Origin: Felis catus
Taxonomy: Eukaryota
Reading direction: 5' to 3'
Length of the DNA stretch: 64,000 nt
Assembly: GCF_018350175.1 (NCBI RefSeq)
Contig: NC_058368.1
Span: forward strand, 72,294,001 to 72,358,000
Shown: positions 1 to 13,824 of the stretch, one piece after another
Layout: every line of letters begins with the position of its first letter
Position numbering within the stretch: position 1 is the first letter of the stretch
Made by a program: the position numbers and the translations under genes
Notes under the pieces: generated by a model
What the model saw: the letters and a program-made list of their open reading frames with translations, nothing else
Told to the model about the DNA's origin: nothing
Database searches by the model: none

Positions 1-211
1 TTTTTTTTTAATTTTTTTTCAACGTTTATTTATTTTTGGGACAGAGAGAGACAGAGCATGAACTGGGGAGGGGCAGAGAGAGAGGGAGACACAGAATCGG
101 AAACAGGCTCCAGGCTCTGAGCCATCAGCCCAGAGCCCGACGCGGGGCTCGAACTCCCGGACCGCGAGATCGTGACCTGGCTGAAGTCGGACGCTTAACC
201 GACTGCGCCCC
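1..211 (-). mobile_element. Can-SINE, young feline SINEC_Fc type
   Basis: T-rich tail, (GA)n, body GAATCGGAAACAGGCTCCAGGCTCTGAGCCATCAGCC, many intact CpGs. Confidence 0.95.
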
Positions 212-514
212 ATAGGAATCTATTTTAAAGAATACTGCACACACACACAAGATATATGTATGTATGTGTGCGTGAGCATTTATTCAACACAAAATTACTT
301 ACTGTAGTCAATGACTGAGAACAGCTTAAATGTCTGTTAGCAGGGAAACAGTTAAAAGAATTTTACTAAATACCACAAAACTGATAAAGATGAAAGAAGG
401 CAGGAAGAAAGGAATGAAGAAAAGAAGGGAGGGATTTACATATGGCAGAATTCATTACTTTCTTTAAACCTCGTATGCTATTTGAAGTATGATTTTTATA
501 ATCTAAAAATATTT

Positions 515-689
515 TTTATTTTTTAAATTTTTATTTATTGTTGAGACTGAGAGGGAGACAGAATCCAAAGCAGGCTCCAGACTCTTAGCTGTCAGCACAG
601 AGCCCGATGCGGGCTTGAACCCACGGACCGTGAGATCATGATGGGAGCCAAAGTCAGATGCTTAATCAACTGAGCCACCCAGGTGTCCC
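515..689 (-). mobile_element. Can-SINE
   Basis: SINE body ending GAGCCACCCAGGTGTCCC; TSD TATAATCTA(A/T)AAATATTT at 497-514 and 690-707. Confidence 0.92.
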
Positions 690-929
690 TATAATCTATA
701 AATATTTAAAATGTAACTATGAACATGCTAATTTCTTGGAAACCACTAGATATTGCCAAGGAGTATTGTCTTCTATTTATAATATGAAAAAAAATCATTT
801 ATGCCCTCAAAATCCACTTTTAAAATTCCTTCTTTCACTGTCCAATGGCATGTCACTCCAGCAGCTGTTTTTTCTAATCCATTCAAGAAGAACTCCCCAA
901 CACCTGCTAGACACCAGGCAGTGCATAAT

Positions 930-974
930 CTCCTTCCTTCCTTCCTTCCTTCCTTCCTTCCTTCCTTCCTTCCT

Positions 975-1010
<36 letters not shown>

Positions 1011-1011
1011 T
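930..1011. repeat. Compound (CCTT)n(CTTT)n microsatellite derived from the tail of the adjacent SINE
   Basis: Direct reading; abuts the SINE at 1012. Confidence 0.95.
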
Positions 1012-1181
1012 CGAGGGAAATAGAGAAAGCAGGAGAGGGGCAGAGGAAGATAGAGCATCCCAAACAAGGTCTGCATTCAGCGTGGAACGGGATGCAGGGC
1101 TCAATCCCAGGACTCTGGGATCATAACCTGAGCTGAAATCAGGAGTCTGAAGCTCAACTGCCTGAGTCCCCCAGGCACCCC
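1012..1181 (-). mobile_element. Older Can-SINE
   Basis: GATCATAACCTGAGCTGAAATCAGGAGT...CCCAGGCACCCC head. Confidence 0.9.
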
Positions 1182-1284
1182 TAAGTGGATATCCTTTTTA
1201 AAAATCACTCTGCATTTGCTACCTTTAGACTCCCAGTTTTCCTAATATTCTGAATAATATCTGCATATCTAATTTCAGTTTAAG

Positions 1285-1410
1285 TAAGTTTGTGACCCTG
1301 TTTGAGAATCTAATGAAGCCCAAAGACTTTAGAAACCCTCAGGCACACACTTCTACGTGCAACCTGAGGGCGTTTGCTGATGCCTGGACCCAGGGATGAA
1401 GCCCCTGTAT
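1285..1410. mobile_element. hAT-Charlie MITE relic (MER112/MER117-like)
   Basis: GACCCTGTTTGAGAATCTAATGAAG resembles the recalled consensus; internal inverted repeat CCCTCAGG...CCTGAGGG. Confidence 0.45.
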
Positions 1411-3464
1411 TTGACCAAAGGTTTTCACAACTATTCTCCTTGTTGAAGCCTCATGATCTTGTCCTCTATTTAACAAAAATACAATCAGGACTTCCTTGTC
1501 CCATGACAAAGGAATTCCATCAAAGAGCAAGTCTAGAATTGGCATAGACTCGGGTAAGCACTTGTGGTCGAATGCTGTTGCCCTAGTTCTCTCTTCTCTA
1601 TGTGTTTTCATAAAAATCGATAAGTAATTCCGGGAGCAATGCTGAACACAAAGATTAATGCAGGGAAAATAAGCCTTCCGTGCTTTTCCACAAAGTATTA
1701 TAAATCTCAATTACATATTTTACAAATTAGTCTTTATGGTGGCTTTTTTGCAACTGCAATAAAAATGTACATTCTGCAATAAATCACAGTTATAGATACA
1801 CAATAACTTCCTATTTTCTACTCATTTGTAAAGTTTCCTTCTGACACCACATGCTGCAACATGAAATACAGTTTAACATCGTTTAAACCTATGAATCAAT
1901 TTTTAATAGCGTCATCAGCAAAGTTCAATTTACATCTACTGTGATTTGAGTGAAAGTAATTTTCTTTCATCTTATTTTATGGACATATTTAATATCAGAT
2001 GCAATAGAAGACAAATTATAAAAGTAATAGAATGCCAATAGAAAAAAAACATAGGGGGAATTTTAAAGTAAAGCAAATCCTGTATTAGAACTGAAACATT
2101 AGACCTGTGTAGGTGGCTTTATGGGCAATTCCATTTCAGCAAGATATGGGGTAGTTTCGAGCACGGAACACTACCAGTGATGAAAATAACCACTGATGCT
2201 GTTTCTCATCAATATTAAATAAAACTGATTTATGACTCATGCAGGGTGCTGAGCCTGTATAGTATAGTCAATACCACCCAAAGTCAAATAAGGAAAATAC
2301 CACATAGTGGGTAACGGCTAAAATGTATTTCCCATTGGAAAAAAAAAATACCAGTCTCCAATTCCAGTACCCATAATAGCCTTCTTTAGAAGTGACTCGG
2401 GAGTATATGAGAATCTGGCAGGTGATAGCCACCCTGCTTTAATTTTCTTCATTTTCTCTAAAGGTTCATACATTTATTATCAAAAAATTTTTCAAAGATA
2501 ATAAGTCATCACCTTAAATTTATATATGTATCCAAATTTACATCTTAACTTCTGTGATGCTGATGACCTATTGTTTTCCTACCTAATATTGTAAGGAAGG
2601 CATATAAGTTTTATAATTTTATTAACAGAAAAGTCTAATAAGGTAAATGCTTCTTATGTCATATATCTAATAAAGGAATTAATTAATATGCATCTGCAAA
2701 ATCACCTTAAAGAAACCTGTTGGTTAATTTGTAGTACGTAGAAAGCAAAATTAAATATCTGTATCTCAAAGGGAAAGAGAAAGTATATTCACATATTCAG
2801 AAGAAATTAATGCACGTAGCTATAAATTACATATACTACACACATAAATCACAATGTGGTCAAATTTTGAATTTCGCTCAGATCAGTGTGAACCTCATGG
2901 CCGTATACCAAATAACATATTTTTGCTTGGTTTCAGTGTTCTCTCCCACATCTCTAGCCTAAATGTCTACTGTAATCTCTTTTTGTATCAAAAGCATATT
3001 TACTGATTTTTGCTGCCATTGCTTTGAATCCTTGCCCAAATGTTGATAGCTCAATAAATTATCTTGTAAAACGGCACTGCCTCCCACGTATATTCTTTCA
3101 TACTTTAATTCTTACATAAAACTCACACTTATCATGCACTGACCCTGTCACAAAGTATGCAGGAGGCTAGATGCAAAGTCAGAGACCAGCCCTGAGTGGC
3201 CCTGTTTCCAGTGGACATCACCGTCAGCCTCCTTCACCCTTGTCCCTCTGTCCCAAAGACATGGTGGTGGGAGGAGAAGGCAGCATGTCTGGTGGGTTGT
3301 TGCCCTGGAGGACATGTCCCCTCCTTTATCATCATGAGACCCTCTGATGAGCCAGCTGTCCTGACAAGCCACGGGGAATGGTGGTTACCCATGGCCAACT
3401 TCACAGCTAACTCAGAGTCTGCAGTTCCAGAACACAGGCTTTGACCTCAGCACATGGGCAGCAA

Positions 3465-3650
3465 GACTTGGCTCCCAACTGTGGCCTGCAGGTGACTTTG
3501 GGCGAATCAGCTCTTTCTCATCTCATTCTCCTCACTTATCAATTGGGCATAATGGCACCTTATGGATTTATTGGGAGGATGAAAAACACAATGAATAGAA
3601 AATCTTTTACCTAGTGCTAGAGATACATAAGTAATTGATAAATGAGTACT
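3465..3650 (+). mobile_element. MIR
   Basis: Degenerate MIR core GTGACTTTGGGC...CTCCTCACTTATCAATTGGGCATAAT. Confidence 0.65.
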
Positions 3651-4214
3651 TGTGATAAGTAATGACAGTAATTGCAATAATGAAGATTGTGGGCAGCTAG
3701 TCACATAAGACCACAGTGTGTGCTTTATTGTACAGAAGGCGTAGGGGAAGCAGTCACCTCATGCAGTCCAGGTAGCATTAAAAGCATGTATAATTCAAAT
3801 GTTTTTTTTCTATTATTTTCAGAACGTTCTGTTTATAGTCTGATCTTGCTTATGGACTTCCTCTGTCTGATATAAACTGTCTCAATCAAGTTTAGTTTAT
3901 CCTGGATTTTTACAAATTTGGGCTTTTGTGTTTTGTTCTTATGATTTTGAAGGCTAATGACAACAACAAAAAATGCCTGATATCTATTTACTACCTAAAT
4001 GACTTGTCAGGATGAATTTTATATGTCATTTACTGGGTTCTTCTATCATAGCTACCCAGGTTTTGGTCGCTTTGGTGCATATAAACATTGAATTATAAAG
4101 CTGGATCCCTTCAAATTTACATAATAAAAAATTAAAATAAATAAATAAGTTAAAGTGGACAACTTCTCTTCCCTTTTGGAAGCCAGACATCATGTAAATA
4201 GTCTGATCAGAACT

Positions 4215-4610
4215 TCATTCCAATTATGAGAAAACATCAGGTAGAACCAAACTGGGAAACATTCTACAAAATGACTGACCAGTGCTTCTGAAAAGTGTCA
4301 AGACTGTAAAGACAAAGCTGACAAATTTACAGATTAGGAGAGATTAGAGAGTTAATGACTAAGTACGATGTGGCGTCCTGGGTAGGATTTTGAGATAGAA
4401 GAAGATCATCAGTGGATCAACTATGAAAGGTAATGGGATGTGCACCATAGTTAATAGCATTGTGTTATGCTAATGTCTTAGCAGTGATAATGTAATACAG
4501 TTGTATAAGAAGTTACCATTCTGGGAACCTGGTGATGTGTCTATAGGAACTCTCTGTACTATTTTGTAACTTTTTTTTTTATGTGAATCTAAAATTAGTT
4601 CAAAGAACAT
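4215..4610 (+). mobile_element. Old L1 3' end (L1MC-like)
   Basis: ACATTCTACAAAATGACTGACCAG...GGAACTCTCTGTACTATTTTGTAAC...TCTAAAATTA motifs typical of the L1MC 3'UTR. Confidence 0.75.
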
Positions 4611-5523
4611 TAGTTCAAAAAATTAAAGTAATAAGTAAAAATATATTTAAAAAAACACAACAAAAAATTCTGAACATGTTTTGTTTTTACCTGACTGTAC
4701 AATGAATGGAGAGTTCAAACCTGAATAGATTTGTACTCATCTGCTATACCCAATTTCTTACATCTTTTGAAAGATCATGACAAGTAAATTGCCAGTTTAA
4801 TGGCATTTGCTGTGATTTCCTTCCCACGTGTGATAGATTTGCTGTTGCTTTTTTCCCAACTGGCATATCACATCTGTTTGAATAGTTATCTTCTGTACCA
4901 GCATCCTACCAAAGGTGAGTGATACTAAACTTCTACTATAATATTAAGAATATAACTAAGCTTTGCAAGGTTTTTTTTTTTCAGTTTTATTCTTAATGAA
5001 ATACTGATCTGCAATGTAAAAAGTTTGAGGGATAAAGTAAGTTTTAGTGGGAGTATGTGAGTCACAAGAAGTGAGACTCTCCCTGTTTCAATGGGGAATT
5101 CTCTAGAACTCTGACCTTATTCACTCTGAGGCTCAGTTGCCCTCTCTGTAAAACTGTGTGGGTGAACCAAATGACTACTATCTTTTCCAGCTCAAAATTC
5201 CTCTAGTTTCATTTTCAGTGCCATTACAGAAAACCACAGTGTCTCAGATTGAATCCCCACATGTTGACAAGCATGTGGTAACACAGAGGAACAGAGAGGC
5301 TGAAGGTGGGGCGAATACTCGGAACATGGAAGCAGGGCACATTTTCCAAACAGGGTAAGTTGATGTGGTGTTTTGGTTTCACCTCTACGGTAGAGTTTTT
5401 GGGTGTCACCTGTCCCCAAACCTTTTCACCGTGTGCTGGCTCCCGACTTCCCCACACTCACTGCAATCACAAAATGTGAATGTTTGCTAAACAGATTCTG
5501 TGACCTCTAACTATGTCCTTCCA

Positions 5524-5738
5524 GGGGCGCCTGCGTGGCTCAGCTGGTCAAGTGCTCGACTTCTGCTCAGGTCATGATCTCACAGTTTGTGGGGTTGAGC
5601 CCTGCACTGGGGCTCTGTGCTGACAGCTTGGAGCCTGGAGCCTGCTTCGGATTCTGGGTCTCCCTCTCTCTCTGCCCCTCTCCTGCTTGTGCTGTCTCTG
5701 TCTCTAAAAAATAAATAAACATTTAAAAAATAAATAAA
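5524..5738 (+). mobile_element. Can-SINE
   Basis: GGGGCGCCTG head, (CT)n, A tail; TSD TATGTCCTTCCA at 5512-5523 and 5739-5750. Confidence 0.95.
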
Positions 5739-6523
5739 TATGTCCTTCCAATAATGTATATTCCTCAATAGGTCTGGAATATGGGGAGTATGTGATGTCT
5801 CAAGTGCCTAGGTTAACATCCTACAGACGATGTACTAGTTGAGGGTTCTAAGAATCGGTTGTAAAAAAGGGACCCAGAAATAAAGATGGAAGGGTATTTG
5901 AATGAAAAAAAAGGGACAGAAAAACCACCACCATTTCCGTCACCATTGGCACAGGGATTTATGGGAGGACAGAAAGTAAACCACTGAGTGCTGGGGACCA
6001 TGCAGGAAATAGCATGGCTGTGGCTTCTGGCTCAGTGAGCCAAAGGATGCTTTTTTGAGGTCTATGGAAGGAGGGCCTGTTGGCACTCTGCTAAAGGACA
6101 GGGAGTGGCCCAGTCCAGAGTCACAAATTCAAATGCATAGGGATAAATAAAACTATAGGTGTAAGGCGTAATGAAACTATAGAAAATTCAATGGCCTAGG
6201 CTAAATATGGATAAGTTCCTAAAGAGGAAGCACAAAGGAAGGATATTTCTGAGGATAACAAGAGAATAATAATTGATTAATGAAGACCAAACGCCATCAA
6301 AACTTGGCCCTCTGGAATTTTGTACATTGACTAGAGAGAGAGAAAATGCATGATATCAGTTAACAGGGACATAGTGCAAGGTGAACACTAGTCTCCCCAC
6401 TTGCTCTAAAATTCTGAACAATCTGAATAGCAAACTACTACAGGCAGAAGGGAGTAATATAAACCACAGCTGTGTTAATCTGAAAGCATTGTGTTCTCCC
6501 CTCTCATTAAAGCTGTCTTTTTT

Positions 6524-6669
6524 GGGGTGCCTGGGTGGCTCAGTCGGTTAAGCAACCAACTCTTGATTTCGGCTCAGGTCATGATCTCATGGTTCGTGAG
6601 ACTGACCCCCATGTCAGGCTCTGCGCTAAGAGTGTGGAGCCTGGTTGGGACTCTCTGTCTCTGTCTCTG

Positions 6670-6700
<31 letters not shown>

Positions 6701-6750
6701 GCCCCTCCTCTGCTCACTCATTCTCTCTCAAAATAAATAAACTTAAAAAC
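6524..6750 (+). mobile_element. Can-SINE with expanded (CTCTGT)n
   Basis: GGGGTGCCTGGGTGGCTCAGTCGGTTAAG head; AAATAAATAAAC tail. Confidence 0.93.
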
Positions 6751-6824
6751 AAGTTGCCTTTTTTTCTCAAATACCACAGAGGTGCATTCCTGTTTTGCCA
6801 ATGCAGCTCTAATTTCTGGCTCAC

Positions 6825-6995
6825 TCTGTGCTAAGTGTTCTAAGTGCTGTGTTTCAGTCCCTTCTCACATCAACGCTGTAAGGGAGGTCTATCCTTTATC
6901 CCACCTTACAGATGGGGATATTGAGGCACGAAGAGGTTAATTACTTCTCCAAGGTCACCATACTAGTATGTAGTAGAGCTGTGATCCAAACCCCA
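6825..6995 (-). mobile_element. MIR
   Basis: TTACAGATGGGGATATTGAGGCAC...CCAAGGTCAC core. Confidence 0.75.
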
Positions 6996-7259
6996 GGGCC
7001 ATTATTTTGATTGTGAATTTTTTCTAAAGTAGTTATTTTTTACTTTGTAATTCATTCTTGTTCAACTACACATATACCTCCATTACATAAGTCATATGTA
7101 GCATAAGACAATATATTTCTTATTGCTGAGTATAAGGACACTAACATCACTACACTGCCTCCTTGGATTTTCTTCTCATCTCTTCTACACAGCCATAATT
7201 TGTAATATTTATATATTCTGTAAATCCTGAAGTTGTATTAGCTTTGTTTTCACACTGAG

Positions 7260-7750
7260 TAGATACTAGAGACTAGGCTCATGACCTGTCATTCTAGATT
7301 GGCCGAATGTCTTCAAGAAGGATTAATGGAAAATGCAGTCTCTGAGTTCTTGTTTCTTCAATGGTAACCGAAACTAGTTTGACACGTTCTTTCTCTGAGG
7401 ACTTTGTAAGCCCTGTGTCCTTGTATCCTGGACGAGAGTCCTGACAAAGTTTCAGTTCTCAACGATGGCTTCCCTTAGAAATGACTGGAGGCCCTGGGTT
7501 CCTCCTGGAGCTACACTTGTTTGAGTATTGCTTGGGAAAAAAAGAAAAAGAACTGACTTGATCATTTTTTTCTGGATGCGCATGGGATGCTTTCTTTAGC
7601 TCTGAATTCCAGCAACTTTAGTAAGAAATGCCTCAGCGTTGATTGTTCTATGATCATTTACTGCGACAGCTGTACCCTTTAAATCCATATATTTAGGTCG
7701 TCTTTTTCTGCAATTTTTAAAAATTATATCTCTTGGATTTTTTTTTTCAG
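7260..7750 (-). mobile_element. Degenerate old L1 (L1ME-like) fragment
   Basis: T-rich sequence with motifs resembling the antisense L1M ORF1 region; boundaries approximate. Confidence 0.4.
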
Positions 7751-7914
7751 TTTCACACACACCTAAATGTGCATTTTTATAGATATGGTCCTCATTCTTT
7801 TTGATCGTTCCTCATCTGTGAAATCACTTTCAGAGGATCAGGTATTTGTCAGGCAGGAGAGAAAGGAAGTTTTTTCTAAGACAGGTGTGTGTGGGTGTAT
7901 CAGTGCTGCTTCAG

Positions 7915-8090
7915 TCCAAGCGTTCACAACGGTGCATGAACATTTAGAACACACACCGAGCTTCTAAAAACCATCTATGCCTTGGATCATCCCAAGGTTT
8001 TCATTTAACTGGGCTGAGAGTGGTGCTTGAGAAGTGTTATGTTTTAAAAGCCTCCCCATGTCATCTTAAGGGACAGCCAGATTGGGCCCT
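7915..8090. mobile_element. MER5-family hAT-Charlie MITE
   Basis: TTTTAAAAGCCTCCCCATGTCATCTTAAG...CAGCCAG resembles the MER5 terminus. Confidence 0.6.
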
Positions 8091-10627
8091 TGTCTTCATC
8101 GACACGGAGCAGCAGCATCGGGCCCCTCCCCCAGACTGAGGATCTCGTCTTCTTTATTTCTCTACTAAATGCTTGCAGGAACGAGAGCCTCCACTTTGAG
8201 ATGTCACATGGAGTCCCAGAAAGTTCCCATGGTCAGCCACACACTGATGTCCTGACTCAAACAGAGAACTACTCTGCTCCTCTGGGAATAGTCTTTATTT
8301 GAGAATGTCAGCATTCTGCTGGCTCTGCCTGAGATCCTCAGTTGCCAGAATCCTTTCAGGAAGTAATCTGTTAGACACCTGGTCTTCTGATGTGTGGTTT
8401 ATTAGTGCCAGGTTTTCAGAGTCCTTAAATATGGAAACTGCATTTCTATTTCTCAGTCTTCTTGATATTTGATGACTTTAGAGATGCAAGGGTGTCTTTA
8501 CAATTTTACAGTTGAAGCTCTTTATAAATTTTCTACTTTAATGACTGGCTTTTCATGTATTTTAAAAAGTGAGTTTTTCAACATCATCAATTTTAAGGAG
8601 ACATAAAGCTACTTATAAATGAAATGTTATAAATGAGTTGAAATTCAATGTATTATATGACAATTTGATTAGTAAGAAGAGGAAATGTGCTCCTTTTTAA
8701 TTAATCATGCTTACTTACATATAAAGTACATTGACCAAATTTATATGCACAATAAATCACCTAATTGTTTTAAATTCAACTGCATGAAAAAAGAGATGAT
8801 CATGTGTGCCTAGTAAAATAATTTTTTTTCTTCATTTTGGAGGAAAATTTTATTTTGTTTCCGTAAAACCTTTGAGATGATCTAAAATATCACAATTTGT
8901 GTATCTACAAAGATGCATAATATCAGAAAGTTAGTTAGCAATTTCAGTCCAAGGTATAGCGACCATTTTAAACTTTTTGGGTTACAGTACAAAGTCAACA
9001 TTTCATTATGTAACCATTAGTCATACAGTGGTGTTGAACTCAAGCATCATTTGAGAAAAAGAAGCAAACAGACCAAATTAAGCTTGTATAGAAAAGCAAG
9101 TCATGAGGAATAATGAATACTGCCAACAAAAGCAGACAAAACCAGGGGAAAGAACAACAAGAAAACAATTTAATTCTCTATTATGGCTCTATATCCTAAC
9201 ACAAACATGACTGGTTACCATCAAATTCAAAAGGACATATACTTTGTTCAGTCCATTAGTAAATATTTATAGAGCTCGGCCTTGTGCCAGGCCCTGAAGG
9301 CATGGAGATGAAAAGATGTACTTCCTGTTTTCAAGGAGCTTAAATCCTTGGGAGATAAATGTGCAAATAAACAGTAAGATTATTGCCTTAGTGGAGGCCT
9401 GCTGCCCCCGGGGCAGTTCTCTCCTAGAATCAGGCTTCTGAAGCCAATACGCTCTGTGAGAAAACTTGCCTTCTCAAAGAGAGTACTGCACAGTGGTTGA
9501 AGTCATTGTAAGTCACAGCGAAAAAAGCTGAATCAGCTTGACTATAATTCAGTATTCTGAGTTTAGGCACAATTGCTGCACTCAAAATGGCCAGGAAGTG
9601 ATTTGATTTAGCAATATGATTCTATAGGAATAGAGATTTTTGTGCAAGGAGAGTCTAACTACTGAATGCTGGCCACCCTCCATCAAGACACGGGCACACC
9701 CAGTTAGCCCTTTAAAGAGTTAGAGGCTCTGATGAGCCCATTCTAGCTGTGCCCAAGGGGTCAGGATTCCTGGAACTCGGTCCACGCGGCTTACCCAAAA
9801 TATACATCCCATCTCCCAAACCACGCCTGTGATTTCCTGCTCATCCCTGAAAGTCATCAGCATAATCTGTAAAAGTCCTTATATCCAGGGGAAGGATATA
9901 AGATTGATTCCAAAGCCAGATAAGTTGAAGAGAGTACAGCAAATCGAAATGCCTTCACATCTGCTGGCTTCTAAATTTGGTGACGTAGGAAAGTGTACCA
10001 TTGGCCAAAGGGGTGAATGATTACCCATCTAAACACAATGTTGGAAATACGCTCTGAGGGCATATTAAAAACAAGAATACAAATTTAGGAACGTTATTTG
10101 CAAAACTCACTGTTTTAAAACTACCAACTATTTGTGGCTTTCAGCCCAAGTTCACTATTATACTCTATCTAAAGGCTTTAGCCTTGTGGTTTTTTAGTTC
10201 AGACAGCAGAAGAGTATTCCTCAATCAGTGCAAGATCTTCACATATTCTCTCTGAAATTCCAGCAACCAGCCCAGAGTTCATTATGCCATCCCGCATAAC
10301 ACCATCTGTGGGCTGCTGTGATGGAACACCAGGGTGAGAGGAAGATTTATCAGCTACTTTTCCTGATGTATAAAGACTGATTGGCTGTGTCTATAGCAGT
10401 GGCAATCCAGGGTTGACAGGAGCTCACGCTCTCTTGCCTGGCCATGACACCCTGCATTGTACAGCTGCTCGCGGAGTTATGAAACCGCACCAAAAGTCAG
10501 GAAGTAGATTTGGCTTCCAAAGAAGCACAACCACCACACTGTTAAACACTGAGATTCTCTTAGGTCCTGGGTAAAAGTGTCTAGAACTCTCTTAAATGCA
10601 TCTGGGCCTTGAAACTTGAAGGAAAAA

Positions 10628-10656
10628 TTGTTGTTGTTGTTGTTGTTGTTGTTGTT
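10628..10656. repeat. (TTG)n microsatellite
   Basis: Direct reading. Confidence 0.9.
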
Positions 10657-10681
10657 TCCAAATGATTCTGATAACAATTCC

Positions 10682-11125
10682 TTTACGGACTGAACGTTTG
10701 TGTTGCTTCCACCCCAAATTCATATGCTGAAGTCCTAACCCCCACTGCGATGGGATGGTGTTAGGAGATGGGGCCTTTGGAAAGTTAATTCAATTTAGAT
10801 GAGATCATGAGGGTGGGGCTCTCCTGATGGGATTTTTTTCCCTTACAAGAAGAGGTCAGAGAGCTTTCTCCCTCTCCCTCTTCTTCCTTTCTTCCTACTC
10901 ACTGTCTCTTTCTCTCTCTCTTTCCCTATCCTCACCACCAAATAAGAATACAGCGAGAAGACACCCATGTGTGAACCAAAGAGAGGGGCTTCACCAGAAC
11001 CGACCATACTGGCACCCTGACCTTGGACTTCCAGGCTCCAGACTAGAGGGAAATGGAGAAATGAAGTGATGTTATTTATGCTACCCAGTCTATGGTATTT
11101 TGTCATGGCAGCCTGAGCTAAGACA
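10682..11125 (+). mobile_element. MaLR solo LTR (MLT1A-like)
   Basis: GGACTGAACGTTTGTG...CAAATTCATATG start; CCCAGTCTATGGTATTTTGTCATGGCAGCCTGAGCTAAGACA end. Confidence 0.85.
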
Positions 11126-11813
11126 AGTTCTCAAAGCATAAAATAATTGTTTAGAATGCTTAGGTTTTTGTTTGTCTCAATAATGAAACATGCACCCCTT
11201 GCATGAAATGGTAATAAATGCAATGATATAAACTAAATGGCAGATGTTAAGTAATTTCATTACTGTATACAATGGCACATTTCAGGACTTAATAGCACAA
11301 GCCACAGATAAATGTATACATTTGAGCATATCATCATTTCCCATATGTCTATTATATAGTTGATGCATATTCATTAAGTATTTCATTAGCTATCTTCCAT
11401 TCCAGCATTACTTTCCAGTTTTCATGCACTCATCAATGACTACTACTTCAGTTATTTAAGACTTACCTTGCCTACTGGTTCACAGTTACAAGTGGAACAA
11501 AACCCAACCCTGCTTATCTTTCAGTCAACAAGCCCTGAACCTTGCTCAACAAACAGTTTTAAGTGCTGTAATTAGGAATCAAAATACTCTAAAATAAGGG
11601 ATACTGAACCCTCTACAGACACTGATGAATATCCATATAAGCAGACTGTCTTTACAGACTGTAAGGCAGACTGTATCACAACCCAAGAAGAGCATTAAAA
11701 TCTGTAGTTGTGTTTCTTAAATGCTATAGCCAGTCTCAACAGCAAACATCAGTTAAACAAGTATTCTCTCCATTTCATAAACATTTTAAAACAGAAACTG
11801 AAAATGTGTTTTA

Positions 11814-11993
<180 letters not shown>

Positions 11994-12439
11994 TTATGAA
12001 AAGGTTAGCCAATTTGGACAATTGTAAATGTTGATTAAAATGAATAATGTAATCACCCTTCACTATTAGCTGTTGTATAGGGACCCAGATGTAAGATTCA
12101 TGATTCATGAAGGGTGTTCATAGCATTAATGACATAGTGAGACATTCTCAAATGATCCCTGATTTGTCCTCACAATAGCTCTATATAAGAATACTATTAC
12201 TATTATTGTTTTGGTCATTAAGGACCAAGACCCAGATAAGCAAAGGAAAGAAATCTGCTGTGAATTTTCAAGGAATGTTAACCTGCTTGGGGTTTCCTTG
12301 TTGTTCACCAAATACTTACCCTACTGTGGGCACAAATTTTACTTGCCTACTTCTAACCAAACAGTAAATGATGACGATCATAGGATGTCATCCTATGAGT
12401 CGCATAAATGACACGCAGTCTTCTTCTGTGTTGGCAGAT

Positions 12440-12825
12440 GTGCAGTTGAGAAAGGAATCCAGACAAATAACGTGGGATTGAAGGAACCAATGGAATGGTG
12501 TTGGAAAGGGAGAGATTATAGGGTGATTTGATGATAGCTCCAGGAACATGAAGATCTTTTAGGTGGATGGTAATACATCCCTGTTTCATTGTTCTGGAGG
12601 GCAAGGTGGAGATTAAATTGATGTATGAGGATTTAGGTAAGTAATAGCTTTCTTGGGAGCAAGTATGGGTCATCACTGGAATGGTGATTGTGGAATCTCA
12701 TTCTGGGCTGACCTTTAAAATAGGCCCTGGATAGCTGCTCTCTGAGACAATTCACATGGCTTGTGCCCTGGCCAAAGTTTAGGCTAGACGATTTCACAAG
12801 CCTTCTACATCCATGATTTTATTAC
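12440..12825 (+). mobile_element. Ancient CR1/L3 LINE 3' fragment
   Basis: Degenerate match to the recalled L3 3' consensus (TGATAGCT...GAGGGCA...TGGAATGG...CTAGACGA). Confidence 0.5.
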
Positions 12826-13499
12826 AAGTCATTTCCCACTACCTCGATGTTTGTAAGCATTTCCTAAGTGGGGATGGACCTCAGGACAGTCTTAGCCCTC
12901 AGCTTACAGTCAAATTGAGGCAGATGTTTTGGGTCATATTTCTTCTTTAATACCTTCTTATATTCAATTGGCTGGTTCCCTCCCTGTGTATAATGCGTTT
13001 TCTCTAGAGTCTGACACTCAACACTCTGCAATCCCTTCCCTGCTTGAGGTCACTGTGCACACACACAATTCACAGGTTTGCACATACATACCTGAGACCT
13101 GCTGACACCTCACCAGCTCTGTCTCAGTTGTAAACAAAGCTCTAAAATCCTCACCTGCATTTCAGACACCCCAAGTGCATTCCTTCAGGATTCTATTAGC
13201 TGCCAGGAGATAATCTGTCCACTGTCAGGGAATAAGTGTTGAAATAATTGTGCCCTCTGGTATATGGTATGGGCTCCTTTGGACCCCACACAGAAAACCC
13301 AAGGGAAAGTTCTCATTGTGGAAATTACTACTTGGTTATGTCTGAGAGATATGATTTTGGGTAGACATATCACTTACTTCACCCTATTTCATATTTTTAT
13401 ATGTAGACCAACTATTCATCTTTGCTTAAGTCTGACCTGACTATGTTTCTGATGTGGACACCACACATTAGAGCTAAGTGTTAAGGGGACTTAAGTTTC

Positions 13500-13745
13500 A
13501 GAGTAGGTTTTCGGGGTTTGATCCCAAGGTCTCCCAATTATTAGTTGTGTGACTTGAATAAAGTTCTAAATGTTTCTAAGCTCAGTTTGTTCATCTGTCA
13601 GCTAGGGAGAGTAGCCATAATTAAAAGCAAAGCCTGTGTGAAGGTTAAGTAAAGTAAACCAAGGAATGCACTCAACTTAGCACCTAGCATGTCACAATAA
13701 ATAAATGCTCAACAATAATAATAATGCTCAATAAATGCTTATTAT
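13500..13745 (+). mobile_element. MIR
   Basis: TAGTTGTGTGACTTGAATAAG...CTCAGTTTGTTCATCTGT core and TGCTCAATAAATG tail. Confidence 0.75.
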
Positions 13746-13824
13746 AAATATTTAGTAATCATTACAATAATAAAATGTAGCAAACAAAACGTATGTAAAA
13801 ACATAATAAAGATTTGTCAAAAGA

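Noticed and set aside
658..1136. Overlapping 65-121 aa ORFs with LPSF/KEGR repeats
   Set aside because: Produced by the stop-free (CCTT)n(CTTT)n microsatellite.
2235..2253. Possible REST/RE1 site (TCAGCACC on the minus strand); also GGACAGC near 46366
   Set aside because: Only half-sites; the partner half does not match the RE1 consensus in either case.
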